From Mobula hypostoma (taxonomy: Eukaryota), in contig NC_086108.1 of assembly GCF_963921235.1 (NCBI RefSeq), positions 88,228,001-88,292,000 on the forward strand: a stretch of 64,000 bases of DNA, given 5' to 3'. Numbering within the stretch: position 1 is the first letter of the stretch; each line of letters opens with the position of its first letter. The notes below the pieces were generated by a model. It saw only the letters and a list, made by a program, of their open reading frames with translations, searched no databases and was not told the DNA's origin. Shown here piece by piece: positions 1 through 13,902 of the stretch. The translations under genes and the position numbers were made by a program.

Positions 1-1322
1 GGAAGACGAGAAGGGGAAATTGATATTGGGTGATAAGGAAATGGCTGAGGCATTGAACTACTATTTTGTGTCGGTCTTCACAGTGGAGGAAACATCTAAT
101 ATGCCAGAAAATGATGTTATGGACGAAATGGGAGGTGAAGACCTCAATAAAATCACTGTCACTAAAGAGATAGTGATGAGAAAACTAGAGGGCCTGAAGG
201 TACTTAAGTCCTCTGGTCCTGGTGGGATGCATCCCAGGGTGCTGAGAGAATTGGCGGGGGTTATAGTAGATGTGTTAGTAATCATTTATCAAAATTCTCT
301 AGACTCTAGGCAGGTCCCGGCAGACTGGAAGACAGCAAATGTCACACCACTTTTTAAAAAAGGATGTAGGCAAAAGACGTGCAACTATAGGCCAGTTAGC
401 TTAACATCTGTAGTCGGGAAAATGCTTGAAGCTGTCATTAAGGAAGAAATAGCGAAACATTTAGAAAGGAGTGGTTCCATTAGACAGATGCAGCATGGAT
501 TCAGAAAGTGCAGGTCCTATTTGGCAAAATTACTGGAGTTCTTTGAGGACATAATGAGTGCAGTGGATAGAGGGGAACAGATGGATGTTGTATACTTGCA
601 TTTCCAGAAGGCATTTGATAAAGTGCCGCATAAGAGACTTATAAATAAGATACGGATACATGGAGTCGGAGGAAGTGTATTGGCATGGATAGTGGATTGG
701 TTAACCAACAAAAGGCAGAGAGTTGGTATAAATGGGTGTTTCTCCAGTTGGCAGTCAGTGGTGAGTGGGATGCTGCAGGGGTCGGTGCCGGGTCTGCAGC
801 TGTTTACCATTTACATTGATGATTTGGAAGAGGGGAATGAGTGTAGCATAGCACAATTTGCTGACGACACTAAACTGAGTGGAAAGCAAATTGTACAGAG
901 GAATGTGGAGAGTCTGCAGAGGGATATAGATAGGTTAAGTGAGTGGGCCAAGGTCTGGCAGATGGAATGTTGGTAAATGCGAGATCATCCACTTTGGGAG
1001 GAATAATAGAAGAGCAGATTATTATTTAAATGGTGAAAAATTGCAGCATGCTGTTGTGCAGAGGGACTTGGGAGTGCTTGTTCATGAATCACAAAAAGTT
1101 GGCTTGCAGGTACAACAGGTTATTAAGAAGGCAATATTGGCCTTCATTGATAGAGGGATTGAATTCAAGAGCAGGGAGGTCATGCTGCAACTGTACAGGG
1201 TACTGGTGAGGCCGCACCTGGAGTACTGTGTGCAGTTCTGGTCTCCATACTTGAGGAAGGATATACTGGCCTTGGAGGCAGTGCAGAGGAGGTTCACCAG
1301 GTTGATTCCAAAGATGAAGGGG
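1..1322 (+). mobile_element. CR1-clade LINE ORF2 fragment (reverse transcriptase), frameshifted
   Basis: ORFs 20-976 and 939-1391 contain NYRPVSLTS, FQKAFDKVPH, QGSV, FADDTKL and RPHLEYCVQFWSP. Confidence 0.95.
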
Positions 1323-2479
1323 TGTAAAAGTCTTAGGCACAAAGGTATAGCCAGGGTACCTATGACTTTTTCAACAGTAGTGTACACGTGATCAATAGAT
1401 CTGAATCTGAATCACTGAATATGCTGATTACTGATCTATGCGTGACAAAAGTAATTGAGTTAGTTACTAACTTATTGTCTCACAGCAGTCACAGAGCTGC
1501 CTACTAACCCTGTGTCAAATAGCAGTGAGGGGCTAGGTTCCACAACAGGACTTCCTGGAATAAGGAAGTGATTTTAGAATAAAGAAAGAAATTTTTTCTC
1601 CCCTCACCCCCACCCCCCGAGCCCGCCGCCAATTTAAAGCATTTCATTACAGGAAACTTTGTCTGGTTGGAGAAATATTTCATATCACTGATCCTTTCCC
1701 ACTCTCTCTTGCCAAGGTCACATGACTGTGTTGACAGCAAAGTTCAGAGGCCGATAGTCATTCTAGTCAGCAGGACATGGAATATTGTTTTTGTAAGCTC
1801 ATATCTAACTTCCTCCCAACCCTGTAAATCAGACTTGCTTGATTACATTGCGGAAATGGTCTTTATTCCCTAAAAAACAATCCCAGGTTAGTAGCCCAAG
1901 TGTTAACCTTGGTATGGGGCTCAGTGCTAAAGTTTAAAGGATCGAAGTATTTGGATTTCCATTTTATTTTTAGAAGACAAAATAAAGATCCTTATGGAAG
2001 AGACCTTTGCAATATTGGAATATAACAGAGGGCAAGTCTGTGAGATTAATAGAAGGTGTAAGCCAGAGATTTATTAATGAATTTGAGAGGTTAAATGTAG
2101 GCAAAGGTGGGTTGGAATTAGGATTGATCTAGGACAATTCAGAATGGGTGAGAGATGAGATTGTGAGAGAGAGCGGAGGTATGAGAGAGCAAATCATGGA
2201 TATAATTCAACAAAAACTGAATCTATGATTCAAAGGAAAAGGGCAATTTGAATCATGAGAGAAGTTCAGAAGGAAACAGAAGTGAGGGCCTGTATTCACT
2301 GGAATTCAGAAGAATAAGAGGTGACCTAATTGAAACCTTTCATTGTTTGTGGCTACCTGTAAGCAAACAAATCTCAAGGTTCAATAATGCATTTATTCTT
2401 TTAAAATAAATGTATTTTGAATCTTGAATCTTTAAAAAGAGAAGAATATTTCCCCTGGCTGGAATAAAGGGCAGATGTG

Positions 2480-2965
2480 AGTATGATCAGGTTCAAGATC
2501 AGATTATTGTCATTCTACTTGATGTGTACCCCCAAACGAAACAACGTTCCTCCGGACCAAGGTGCACAACACAATACCTATAACTCACACACCTAATACA
2601 TAAAGTAATATTAACCCATAATAAGGTGCATTTAAGACACAAGTTAAAAAGTAAACAGTATAGCACCAGTGGTGTTTCATGTGTGATGAGACCTGGTTGG
2701 TGGCAGGGAGTTCAGTAGTCTTACAACCTGGGGGAAGAAGCTGTTTCCCATCCTAACAGTTCTTGTACCTCCTGCCTTAAGGTCAAGGAAATTGTTGAAT
2801 GAATGGGAGGGATTATTGACAATATTAAGGGCTCTGCAAACGCAGCGCTTCTGATAAATATTTCTGATGGGTGGAAGAGACAGTCCAGTGATCCTTTCAA
2901 CAGTCCTTGCAATCCTTTGTAGGAACCTGCAGTCAGGTGCCTTGCAAATTCTTGTCTGCAAACCA
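2480..2965 (-). mobile_element. Rex1-type LINE 3' fragment
   Basis: ORF 2677-2979 contains LQRIARTVERITG and NSFFPQVVRLLN. Confidence 0.75.
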
Positions 2966-4040
2966 GAGGGAGGGAGCATTTAAATGGGTAATGATAGATC
3001 ATAAGTTCTTCAGTCTCAGACCAAAAGAAAAGATTAAAGATAATTGTTTAATTCTTTTATTTAAAGATTAGGTCTATTGGTCACCTGTGCATCAAAACTG
3101 ACAGTGGGCTGCATTATTTGCTTCAAATCAAATAAGTGAGGATAGAGCTGGGCAGCCCACAAGTGTCACCAAGTTTCTGGCACTAACAAAGCATGCCCAC
3201 TAACCCTAACCCTATGTGTTTGGAATGTGAGAGGAAACCCACACAGTCACGGGAAAACGTATAATCTCCTTACAGACAGCGGCAGGAATTTGATCCTGAT
3301 CTGACAGCTGGTGCTGTAAAGCATTGTCTACGCACAACACTACCGTGTTGTACAGCCACTTGGAATGGTTGTGCAGGCTGTTGCTTGTGCTGTTAGAAAC
3401 AACCAGAAAGAAAGGGAACTGCTTCCCTCAGGCATTCAACAACCATGCTCTGACACTTTAAAGGTTAATTTTGCACTTGTAGCATTTTGCTGCCTTACTG
3501 TGGAGATCAATGAGAAATGTTTTTGCAACAACATTCCTCTGAAACTATGCAATATCCACCCATCCCTACCTGACTAGTCACCTGGAAAATGTGTCCTGTA
3601 TTTCACTGATGACAGGCACAAGAGACTGCAGAGAGTCCTAATGCAGGGTTTCGACCCGAAACACTGACAGTCCATTTCTCCCCACAGATACTGCTTGACC
3701 TATTAAGCTTCTGAAGCAGCTTGCTTATTGGATTAAATCTCCATGGATGTTTAGAGTTGCTTCTCTAACATTTGACCTGCCGGAAAAGGTATGCTAACAG
3801 GAAGTGTTGTTGATAGAGCAGAAAATCAGCTCAGAAATGGTTAAACTGCAAATGCTCACAATCAAACTTCACAGTCGACTGACATTTCAAAATAAGCATT
3901 GTTTTCTTAGGCATTCTCAGCTACTAGGGAAGTAGTGCAAACTGCTGGTGTGTTTGACAATATGTAATTGCTACTTTCAGTTCACTACCACCATAGTGAA
4001 TGATTGGAAAGGCAGAATCCAAGTTTGATTCGATTGTCTG

Positions 4041-4231
4041 GTTAAAGATTAGCCAGTATTCGTCTTGTATAGATCAACCACAGCGAACAGTTTACAGCCA
4101 GGACAAGATTACCAAAAGCTTCAACCTTTGCCCTGTGGCACTCCTCTATTACAAACACATTTGAATTTGGTGAGAGAAAACGACAGCGAGAAACCAGCCT
4201 CTTATTTTTAAGTTAACAGCCTCAGGTAAGT
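4041..4231 (+). promoter_or_regulatory. Candidate promoter / non-coding first exon of the C1orf210-like gene
   Basis: Non-repetitive sequence with an HNF1-like site GTTAAAGATTAGC (4041), an HNF4/DR1-like site (4122-4134, minus strand AGGGCAAAGGTTG) and a perfect donor CAG|GTAAGT at 4225/4226. Confidence 0.3.
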
Positions 4232-4361
4232 GATTCCTCGTTTGTCCACTTTTTAAAGCAAATGTTAAAAGGAAAGGCCTACTTCCTCCTGTCTGCCTAC
4301 TGAGCAATTGCGTTAACGACATGTGCAAAGGCAGACTTACTTCCTCTTAGCCCAAAAAATG

Positions 4362-4890
4362 CACTCAGTGGCCACTTTATTAGGTACAGAAGTGGGACTC
4401 AGTGTGGCTTTCTGCTGCTCTAGGCCATCCACTTCAAGGTTCAATGTATTGTGCTTTCAGAGATGCTCTCCTGCACACCACTGTTGAAATGAGTGGCTAT
4501 TCGAATTACTGTCCCCTTCACGTCTGCTTGAACTAGTCTGGCCTTTCTCGTCTGACCTCTTTCATTAACAAGGTGTTTTTGCTCACTGGTTTTTTATTTT
4601 GTTTTTTTTTTGCCCCATTCTCTGTAAACTCTGGAGACTGTTGTGCATGAACACCTAGAAGATCAGCAGTTTCTGAATTACTCAAATCACCCTGTCTGGC
4701 ACCAATAATCAGTCCATGGTCAATGTCACTTAGATCACATTTCTTCCCCATTCTGATGTTTGGTCTGTAAAATAACTGAACCTCTTGACCATGTCCTCAT
4801 GTGCTGAGTTGCTACCACATGACTGGCTGATTAGGTGTTACCATCACTGTGCAGGTGTACAGGTGTACCTGTAATGCAGCCACTGAGTAT
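4362..4890 (-). mobile_element. Tc1-derived non-autonomous DNA transposon
   Basis: TIR cactcagtggccactttattaggtac with a degenerate reciprocal end. ORF 4533-4751 (MGKKCDLSD...IIGAR...SETADLLG) resembles a Tc1 transposase N-terminus. Confidence 0.8.
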
Positions 4891-5044
4891 AGATCCAATG
4901 CCCTGATGTTTAAATTGCGCAGCCATGGGAGAAGCAACTGTGGATGAAACCACATAGGACCATACACAACATTGACGTTAAGTGGAATAGAGCAGATGGG
5001 AAAATGTGGAAGGCTTTAAAATGGAGTAACAGGAACATGGAGTT

Positions 5045-5530
5045 GAATCGGAATCAGAATCAGGTTTGATATCACCAACACGTGTTGTGAAATTTGCTGA
5101 CTTTGTGGCAGCCATAAAAATAGAGAAGAAATGAATTACAATAAGTATATATATTAAATAGTTCAATTAAATAAGTAGTGCAAAAATAGAAATAAAAAGT
5201 AGAGAGATAGTATTTGTAGGTTCAATGTTCATTCAGAAGGGAAGAAGCTGTTCCTGAATCATTGAGGCTTCTGTACCTCCTTCCTGATGGTAGCAATGAG
5301 AACAAGGCATGTCCTGGGTGATGGGGGCCCTTAATGATGGATGGCACGTTTTTAAGGCATCGCTTCTTGAAATTATCCTTGATACTGGGGAGACCAGTGC
5401 CCATGGTGGAGTTGACTTTGTTTACAACTCCCTGCAGCCCTGATCCTGTGCAACAGCCCTCCACCCCCCGCCCACCCACCACCCCCAAACCCAGATGGTG
5501 ATGCAGCCAGCTAGCAGGTTGTTCTTCCAG
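5045..5530 (-). mobile_element. Rex1-type LINE 3' fragment
   Basis: ORF 5222-5554 contains HPGHALFSLLPSGRRYRSL; (aatcag)n tail. Confidence 0.78.
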
Positions 5531-7902
5531 GTAGAGGAGGAAAACAATCTGCATATTTTTAACTCAAGGCTCCCTTTTAATTCTGCACATCATTTTATTG
5601 AATATAAGAGAGCAGAGATTAGGCCATTGTGCACATTTCCTCTTAGAGTGCTGCATCACCCTGTAATAAAGACTCAAGTACTGTACTAATATAGGGATAA
5701 CCAAGAAACAATAATTTATCTGTGTTTAATTAAACAGAATATCCTATGGCACTTTATAGGAGTGGTACCAAGCTAAAAGTAAAATTAACACTAGAATCAC
5801 AAGTAACTACAGATGCTGGTATCTGGGGCAACACATAAGATGCTGGAGGAACTCAGCAGGCCTGGCAGCCTCTATGGAGGGAAATAGACATCAGTGTTTT
5901 GAGTTCAGAATCTTCAAATTAATTAATAAACCATAAAAGAACTTGAGGAGGACAGGATTAGAATTGAAGGAGGAAACGGGCAAAATTTTTGGAGGTAAGG
6001 ACAATTGAAATCACAACCTGCAAAATTGGAAGGATTATATCGAGAGATGTAATATATTACGTCTGGAAGGTTGTAGAGCTGGAGGAAATTGAAGAAGTAG
6101 AGACAAGGTCAAATATGGAGAGTTTGAAAATGGTGGTGGAGAACTCAGTAAAGGCCACAGAACATAGAAAGTAAATAGGGTTGATAACAGATGATCTGTC
6201 ATTAACTACAGCAAACAATGAACAAGTGAATGCAGACAGGACTGGGATTCTCTTACCTCCTGATAATCAGCCTGTAAAATAATGGCCCTGATTGGATCAA
6301 TGGACCAACAGAAGACTTCAAGACTATAAAAAGCGTTGGTTATTTTACTGCACATGTAATTCCTCATACTGTCTGAAAAGAGAGGTATAGACCGACACCC
6401 TCTTTATGTTTAGAAAGTATGAGTACTTGATGCCCTGTGGATTACAGAGCTACTGTTTGAGAGTTGGGAATTGGGATTATCTTAATAAATTATTTATTTT
6501 CCCAAGATAAATACAGGGGAAATCTCCCTGTGCTGTAAATTTCTAGAATTCTATGGTTGGCTTAGAATGAGAGAAACAAGATTATTCACAGAAGGTAATC
6601 AATTAGATGAGTAACACTTTCTTTTCCAAGTGCTGATTTTGTTTTCCTGACTGGATTGACGACATTATGGACTACATTGTTCCCCTGACATGCCAAGTAT
6701 ATAACACAGGGGAAATATCAATAACAACACTCAAGGATGCCAATGTATTTAAGTGAAGGCTTGCTGCGATCTTGACAGCAAATGACTATGACCTAGGATC
6801 AGGTAAGATCACAAATAAATGCATTGTGGACATAACGGGCACTAATGGTTAACAATGTGGAACTGCAAGTGGCAGTCTAATCTGATAGAAGTTGCAAAAA
6901 GCTCCCACGTTTAGAATCTTGTTTAATAATAATGTCTTGAACTACAAAGTTACACAGGAGGAAGTGCCAAATTTATATTACACATTGTTTTTACAAAACA
7001 ATGGTTGCCCTCCCCTCCATGAGAAACCTTGGAGCTCCACCGTTTGTTTACTAGTTGGACCCTGGAGGTTCTGGCTCTGACTCCAGGCAACTTTATGGTC
7101 TAACTTGCTGAGCACTGGAATAATATTTAAGTGTTCCTCTGGCTATTTTCCACATTAGTACTGTGTTTAAACAATGGGTCTATCACCTTGTGAACACTTC
7201 CGAACGCTATTTTCTAAAGAACAGACAGGAAAGAAGTTCTGAGTTCTGGAGAGGCCCATATTCTATGAAAAAATAATCTCTTTAATTATAGACAGATTAC
7301 TGGCCATACTTAGAGTAAGAAGGCATTAGAAATTCATTGACTAGAATATTAATAATCAATTTGAAATATGGTTCATCTGTATTTTTATTATTTATTACAA
7401 ATCACTGCTTATTTTTGACCATCTGATTATTAGATTATCAATATTTATGAAATATCATAAATACCAAATTATGATATTAGATCATCGTAGAGTCATTGGG
7501 TCACAGAGCACAACAGCACAGAAAAAAAGGCTCTTTCACCCATCTAGTCAGTGCCGAATTGTTTTTCTGCCTAGTCCTGAATGCAGAACATAGCCTTCTA
7601 TACCCCTACCATCAATGTACCTATTCAATCTTCTTTTAGATGTTGCAACTGAACCTGCATCCACCCCTTCCATTGGCAGTTTGTTGCACACTCACAAGAC
7701 CATCTGAGTGAAGAAGTTTCTCTTTAGGTTCCCTTTAAATATTTCACTTTTCACCCTTCACCCTATGACCTCTAGTTCTAGTCGCTATCAGTGTTGTTGA
7801 TTTTTGTTACCATCATTAATTCCAACAATATTGCTCTGCAACACTTAATATCATTAGATTTTGACATTATATATGAAAATATGAACTTCTGATTCACAAA
7901 TA

Positions 7903-9090
7903 GTCATAGTCATACTTTATTGATCCCGGGGGAAATTGGTTTTCATTACAGTTGCACCACAAATAATAAATAGTAATAGAACTATAAATAGTTAAATAGT
8001 AATATGTAAATTATGCCAGTAAATTATGAAAAGTCCAGGACAAGCCTATTGGCTTAGGGTGTCTGACCCTCCAAGGGAGGAGTTGTAAAATTTGATGGCC
8101 ACAGGCAGGAATGACTTCCTATGACGCTCTGTGCTACATCTCGGTGGAATGAGTCTCTGGCTGAATGTACTCCTGAGCCCACCCAGTACGTTATGTAGTG
8201 GATGGGAGACATTGACCAAGATGGCATGCAACTTAGACAGCATCCTCTTTTCAGACACCACCGTCAGAGAGTCCAGTTCCATCCCCACAACATCACTGGC
8301 CTTATGAATGAGTTTGTTGATTCTGTTGGTGTCTGCTATCCTCAGCCTGCTGCCCCAGCACACAACAGCAAACATGATAGCACTGGCCACCACAGACTCG
8401 TAGAACATCCTCAGCATCGTCCGGCAGATGTTAAAGGACCTCAGTCTCCTCAGGAAATAGAGACGGCTCTGACCCTTCTTGTAGACAGCCTCAGTGTTCT
8501 TTGACCAGTCCAGTTTATTGTCAATTCGTATCCCCAGGTATTTGTAATCCTCCACCATGTCCACACTGACCCCCTGGATGGAAACAGGGGTCACCGGTAC
8601 CTTAGCTCTGTTCAGGTCTACCACCAGCTCATTAGTCCTTTTCACATTAAGCTACAGATAATTCTGCTCACACCATGTGACAAAGTTTCCTACCGTAGCC
8701 CTGTACTCAGCCTCATCTCCCTTGCTGATGCATCCAACTGTGGCAGAATCATCCGAAAACTTCTGAAGATGACAAGACTTTGTGCAGTAGTAGAAGTCCG
8801 AGGTGTAACTGGTGAAGAGAAAGGGAGACAAGACAGTCCTCTGTGGAGCCCCAGTGCTGCTGATCACTCTGTCGGACACACAGTGTTGCAAGCAAACATA
8901 CTGTGGTCTGCCAGTCAGGTAATCAAGAATCCATGATACCAGGGAAGCATCCACCTGCATCGCTGTCAGCTTCTGCCCCAGCAGAGCAGGGCGGATGGTG
9001 TTGAATGCACTGGAGAAGTCAAAAAACATGACCGCTGGCTTGTCCAGGTTGGCGTAGACACGGTTCAGCAGGTAGACGATGGCATCCTCA
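7903..9090 (-). mobile_element. Rex1/Babar-type LINE RT fragment with 3' end
   Basis: ORFs 8652-9113 (FFDFSSAFNTI, GAPQ, KFSDDSA) and 8046-8645 (YKYLG, RLYFLRRLRSF); (gtcata)n tail. Confidence 0.9.
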
Positions 9091-9583
9091 ATAGTTAAAA
9101 GGGACAGAATCAAACAATCTTGTAAAAAGTGAAAGTATACTCTGATAGTGATGGCAAGGATATGTTGATACCAAAGTCATGAGCAATTTGGATCAATGAC
9201 TAAAGAATTTGTGGAGTGGATTGAGGTCAATGGCTCTGTCTTTCCCAACATTTTGCAGGAGAAATTTCAGCTCTATGAACATCTGTTACAAGATAAATTG
9301 GTGAACTATATAGAGATAGTGTAAGGTTCAAGAGAGATGGTGATGATCAAACAGAATAGGAGGTTATCAATGTATACAGGGAATCTGACATTGTGTTCGA
9401 GCTCACTAAATCCAACCAGACATGGATAAGCTGCAAGATCTGGTTCTCCTCTGCAGCCAGGATTCAGGAACCAAGATTTGACTGGCAATTGGGCTTGAGA
9501 TGTCGTGAAGGCGAGTCTTTGACAGAAGCAAAATGAAGGGATATTTAGCACTTTTTAAATATTTCTGATATAGGAACTGTATG

Positions 9584-12062
9584 AGGGAGATTTTAACATG
9601 CTAGTAGATTGGGAAAATCAGGTCGGCACTGGATCTCAAGAGAGACAATTTGTAGAATGTCTGCGAGATGGCTTTTTAGAACAGCTTGTTGTTGAGCCCA
9701 CTAGGGGATCGGCTGTACTGGATTGGGTATTGTGTAATGAACCGGAGCTGATTAGAGTGATTGAGGTGAAGGAACCCTTAGGAAGCAGTGATCATAACAT
9801 GATTGAGTTCACTGTGAAATTTGAAAAAGAGAAGCCGAAATCTGATGTGTCGGTATTTCTGTGGAGTAAAGGAAATTACAGTGGCATGAGAGAGAAACTG
9901 GCCAAAGTTGACTGCAAAGGGACATTGGCGGGAAAGACAGCAGAGCAGCAGTGGCTGGAGTTTATGCGAAAAGTGAGGAAGGTGCAAGACAGGTATATTC
10001 CAAAAAAGAAGATATTTTCGAATGGAAAAAGGATGCAACTGTGGTTGATAAGAGAAGTCAAAGCTAAAGTTAAAGCAAAGGAGAGGGCATACAAGGAAGC
10101 AAAAATTAGTGGGAAGACAGAGGATTGGGAAGTTTTTAAAAGCTTACAAAAGGAAACTAAGAAGGTCATTAAGAGGGAAAAGATTAACTATGAAAGGAAG
10201 CTAGCAAATAATATCAAAAAAGATACTAAAAGCTTTTTCAAGTATATAAAGAGTAAAAGACAGGTGAGAGTAGATATAGGACCGATAGAAAATGATGCTG
10301 GAGAAATTCTAATGGGAGATAAGGAGATGGCGGAGGAACTGAACGAGTATTTTGCATCAGTCTTCACTGAGGAAGACATCAGCAGTATACCGGACACTCA
10401 AGGGTAGCAGGGAAGAGAAGCGTGCACAGTCACAATTACGACAGAGAAAGTACTCAGGAAGCTGAATAGTCTAAAGCTAGATAAATCTTCCGGACCAGAT
10501 GGGTTGCACCCGTGTGTTCTGAAGGAAGTATCTGTGGAGATTGTGGAGGCATTAGCGATGATCTTTCAAAAGTCGATAGATTCTGGCATGGTTCCGGAGG
10601 ACTGGAAGATTGCAAATGTCACTCCGCTATTTAAGAAGGGGGCAAGGAAGCAAAAAGGAAATTATAGACCTGTTAGGTTGACATCGGTGGTTGGGAAGTT
10701 GTTGGAGTCGATTGTCAAGGATGAGGTTACGGAGTACCTGGAGGCATATGATAAGATAGGCAGAACTCAGCATGGATTCCTTAAAGGAACATCCTGCTTG
10801 ACAAACCTATTACAATTTTTTGAGGAAATTACCAATGGGCTAGACAAGGGAGATGCAGTGGATGTTGTATATTTGATTTTCAGAAGGCCTTTGACAAGTT
10901 GCCACACATGAGGCTACTTAACAAGATAAGAGCCCATGGAATTATGGGAAAGTTACATACGTGGATAGAGCGTTGGCTGATTGGCAGGAAACAGAGAGTG
11001 GGAATAAAAGGATCCTATTCTGGTTGGCTGCCCGTTACCAGTGGTGTTCCACAGGGGTCCGTGTTGGGGCCGCTTCTTTTTACATTGTACATCAACGATT
11101 TGGATTATGGAATAGATGGCTTTGCGGCTAGGTTTGCTGATGATACGAAGATAGGTGGAGGGGCCAGTAGTGCTGAGGAAATGGAGAGTCTGCAGAGAGA
11201 CTTGGATAGATTGGAAGAATGGGCAGAGAAGTGGCAAATGAAATACAATTTTGGAAAGTGTATGGTTATGCACTTTGGCAGAAGAAATAAACAGGCAGAC
11301 TATTATTTAAATGGGGAGAGAATTCAAAGTTCTGAGATGCAACGGGACTTGGGAGTCCTCGTGCCGGATACCCTTAAGGTTAACCTCCAGGTTGAGTCGG
11401 TAGTGAAGAAGGCAAATGCAATGTTGGCATTCATTTCTAGAGGAATAGCATATAGGAGCGGGGACGTGATGTTGAGGCTCTATAAGGCGCTGGTGAGACC
11501 TCACCTGGAGTATTGTGGGCAGTTTTTGTCTCCTTATTTAAGAAAGGATGTGCTGATGTTGGAGAGGGTACAGAGAAGATTCACTAGAATGGTTCCGGGA
11601 ATGAGAGGGTTAACATATGAGGAACATTTGTCCGCTCTTGGACTGTATTCCTTGGAGTTTAGAAGAATGAGGGGAGACCTCATAGAAACATATCGAATGT
11701 TGAAAGGCATGGACAGAGTGGATATGGCAAAGTTGTTTCCCATGATGGGGCAGTCTAGTACGAGAGGGAATGACTTAAGGATTGAAGGGCGCCCATTCAG
11801 AACAGAAATGCGAAGAAGTTTTTTTATTCAGAGGGTGGTGAATCTATGGAATTTGTTGGCAAGGGCAGCAGTTGTGGCCAAGTCATTGGGTGTATTTAAG
11901 GTAGAGATTGATAGGTATCTGAGTAGCCAGGGCATCAAAGGTTATGGTGAGAAGGCGGGGGAGTGGGACTAAATGGGAGAATGGATCAGCTCATGATAAA
12001 ATGGCGGAGCAGACTCGATGGGTCTAATGGCCGACTTCTGCTCCTTTGTCTTATGGTCTTAT
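9584..12062 (+). mobile_element. CR1 LINE, 5'-truncated, near-intact ORF2 plus 3'UTR
   Basis: ORFs 9598-10407, 10504-10911 and 10899-11972 cover the endonuclease end (GSSDHNMI) and the RT (FADDTKIG). Tail tcttatggtcttatg. Confidence 0.95.
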
Positions 12063-12826
12063 GAGGAACATAGAAGTACACTTAATGAAGAAATCAAGAG
12101 GGCAAAAAGAGGACTTGAGATGGTTTGGCAGATAAAGTAAAAGCGAATCTTAAGATATTCCCTAAAAGAACTAGGGAAAGAATAGGATCCCTTCAGGATC
12201 AATGTGGTCATCTATGTGTGAAGAGATGGCACATGGTAAAGTCTTAAATGAATGCTTTACATCTATAATTACCATGGAGAAGGTCATAGAAGCTAAGGAA
12301 TTCAGGTAACAGAATAGTGGTGTCCTGAAACATATTGACTTTACAAACAAGGATGTGCTGGCACTTTTAAAACACATAAAGGTCAATAAATCCCTAGGAC
12401 TTGAATAAGTGTATCATTGGATACTGTAGCGACATTTGAATCATAGTTAGCCATGGATGGCTAACGTCGTGTCTTTATTTAGAAAAGATTTCAATGTCAA
12501 GCCTGGTTGACAAACCAATGAGCTAACCTCAGTGCTGGATTCCATGTCGAGATCAGCAATGGACATTGAGACAAATTTGGAGCCATTCAGTAACAGTTGA
12601 ATTCGAAAACTTAAATGAAGTTTCAAAGGCTGAATACAGGCAGTTTCATTCAGAAGTTTGACACTCTCCAGCAAGATTTACCCCATTGTGTTGTTTCTGG
12701 ATGATATTACCAAGGGGAATCACAGGAGGGGATAATAGGAGAGAGTGAGTGATAGATCGTGAGAACACTTTAAGGTAATGTTGAGTGATAGGCAGAGGAG
12801 CCATTATTTGTGATTCTCTTCTTCAG

Positions 12827-12889
12827 TCTGGAAAATATAGGATGGAACCAAGTGAATGCAGCCACTCAGCTGGATGGAGATAATGAATT
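12827..12889 (+). CDS. Candidate upstream exon carrying the start codon of the C1orf210-like gene
   Basis: Acceptor tgattctcttcttcag| and donor ATT|GTAAGT. ATGs at 12856, 12874 and 12883 are in frame with a phase-1 join to 26358, giving ...MNSSYVSPEGG. Confidence 0.45.
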
Positions 12890-13439
12890 GTAAGTGTCAA
12901 TCCTGTTGAAGAAATAGATGAGGAAGGACAAATTGTAACAGTCACTTAGAATATTAGTTGTGGCTTTGATAACCACTTCAGTAAGATCTTAATGGTGAAA
13001 ATCTCAATGACTCAGTGGTCTGGATAATTGCAAAGCTCATAATACTTAAGATGTTTTTATTGATCCTCGATTTCTCCTGCAATTTAATGCAATTTTTAAA
13101 ATATTAACTTTAGTTAGGACTCTGGGACAGACTATGACAATAACTCGGCAGAATTGTATTTGCTTGTTCTTGTTTTCCTTGGGAGACCTGGTGGCTGTTC
13201 CACATGCAATGAGTGCTTACGAAAAAAAGCTTACAGTAAATGACTTAGAAATTCCTTTTATTTGGATCTAAGACTAACAGGTCAGGTTGTTGTGTGGGGA
13301 AGGTACTTGTAAGATATCTTCCACAAGATTTGGCCTGATGTGCAATTTATAGTCAGAATTATAATCACATAGACTACCCAACTACCCAAGGCTGCATTTA
13401 TGCTTTGCATTTTATAGCAATAATCTCTTCTTATTACTT

Positions 13440-13900
13440 TTAAACGGAGAGAAAATTCAAAAATCTGAGTTGTGAAGGGACCTGGGAGACCTTGTGCAGG
13501 ATTCCCTAAAGGTTAATTTGCAGGTTGAGTTGGTGGTGAGAAAGGCAAATGCAATGTTAGCATTCATTTTGAGAGAACTAGAATATAAAAGCAAGGATGT
13601 AATGCCAAGTCTTTATAAGGCACCGGCAAGACCTTTGTTAAGAGCATTGTGATCAGATTTGGGCACCTTATCTAAGAAATAATGTGCTGACACAGGAGAA
13701 AGTTCAGAGGAAGTTCACAAGAATGATTCCAAGAGTGAATCAGTATAAATATATATAAAAAGGAACATTTGGAGGCTTTTGGCCTATACTCACTGGAATT
13801 TAGAAGAATGAGGGGAGATCACATTGAAGCCTAGTGAATGTTGAAAGACCTAGATAGAGTGGATGTAGGGAGGATGTTTCCTATAGTGGGGGAGTTTAGG
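13440..13900 (+). mobile_element. CR1 ORF2 3' fragment (decayed)
   Basis: Nucleotide similarity to the CR1 segment at ~11310-11760. Confidence 0.85.
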
Positions 13901-13902
13901 AC

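Noticed and set aside
6630..6810. Possible exon ending in CAG|GTAAGA
   Set aside because: No ATG-initiated phase-1 frame compatible with exon 26358; at most a UTR exon, and unsupported.
9584..12062. Active autonomous CR1
   Set aside because: 5'-truncated, with an in-frame stop at ~10407 and a frameshift at ~10875-10900.
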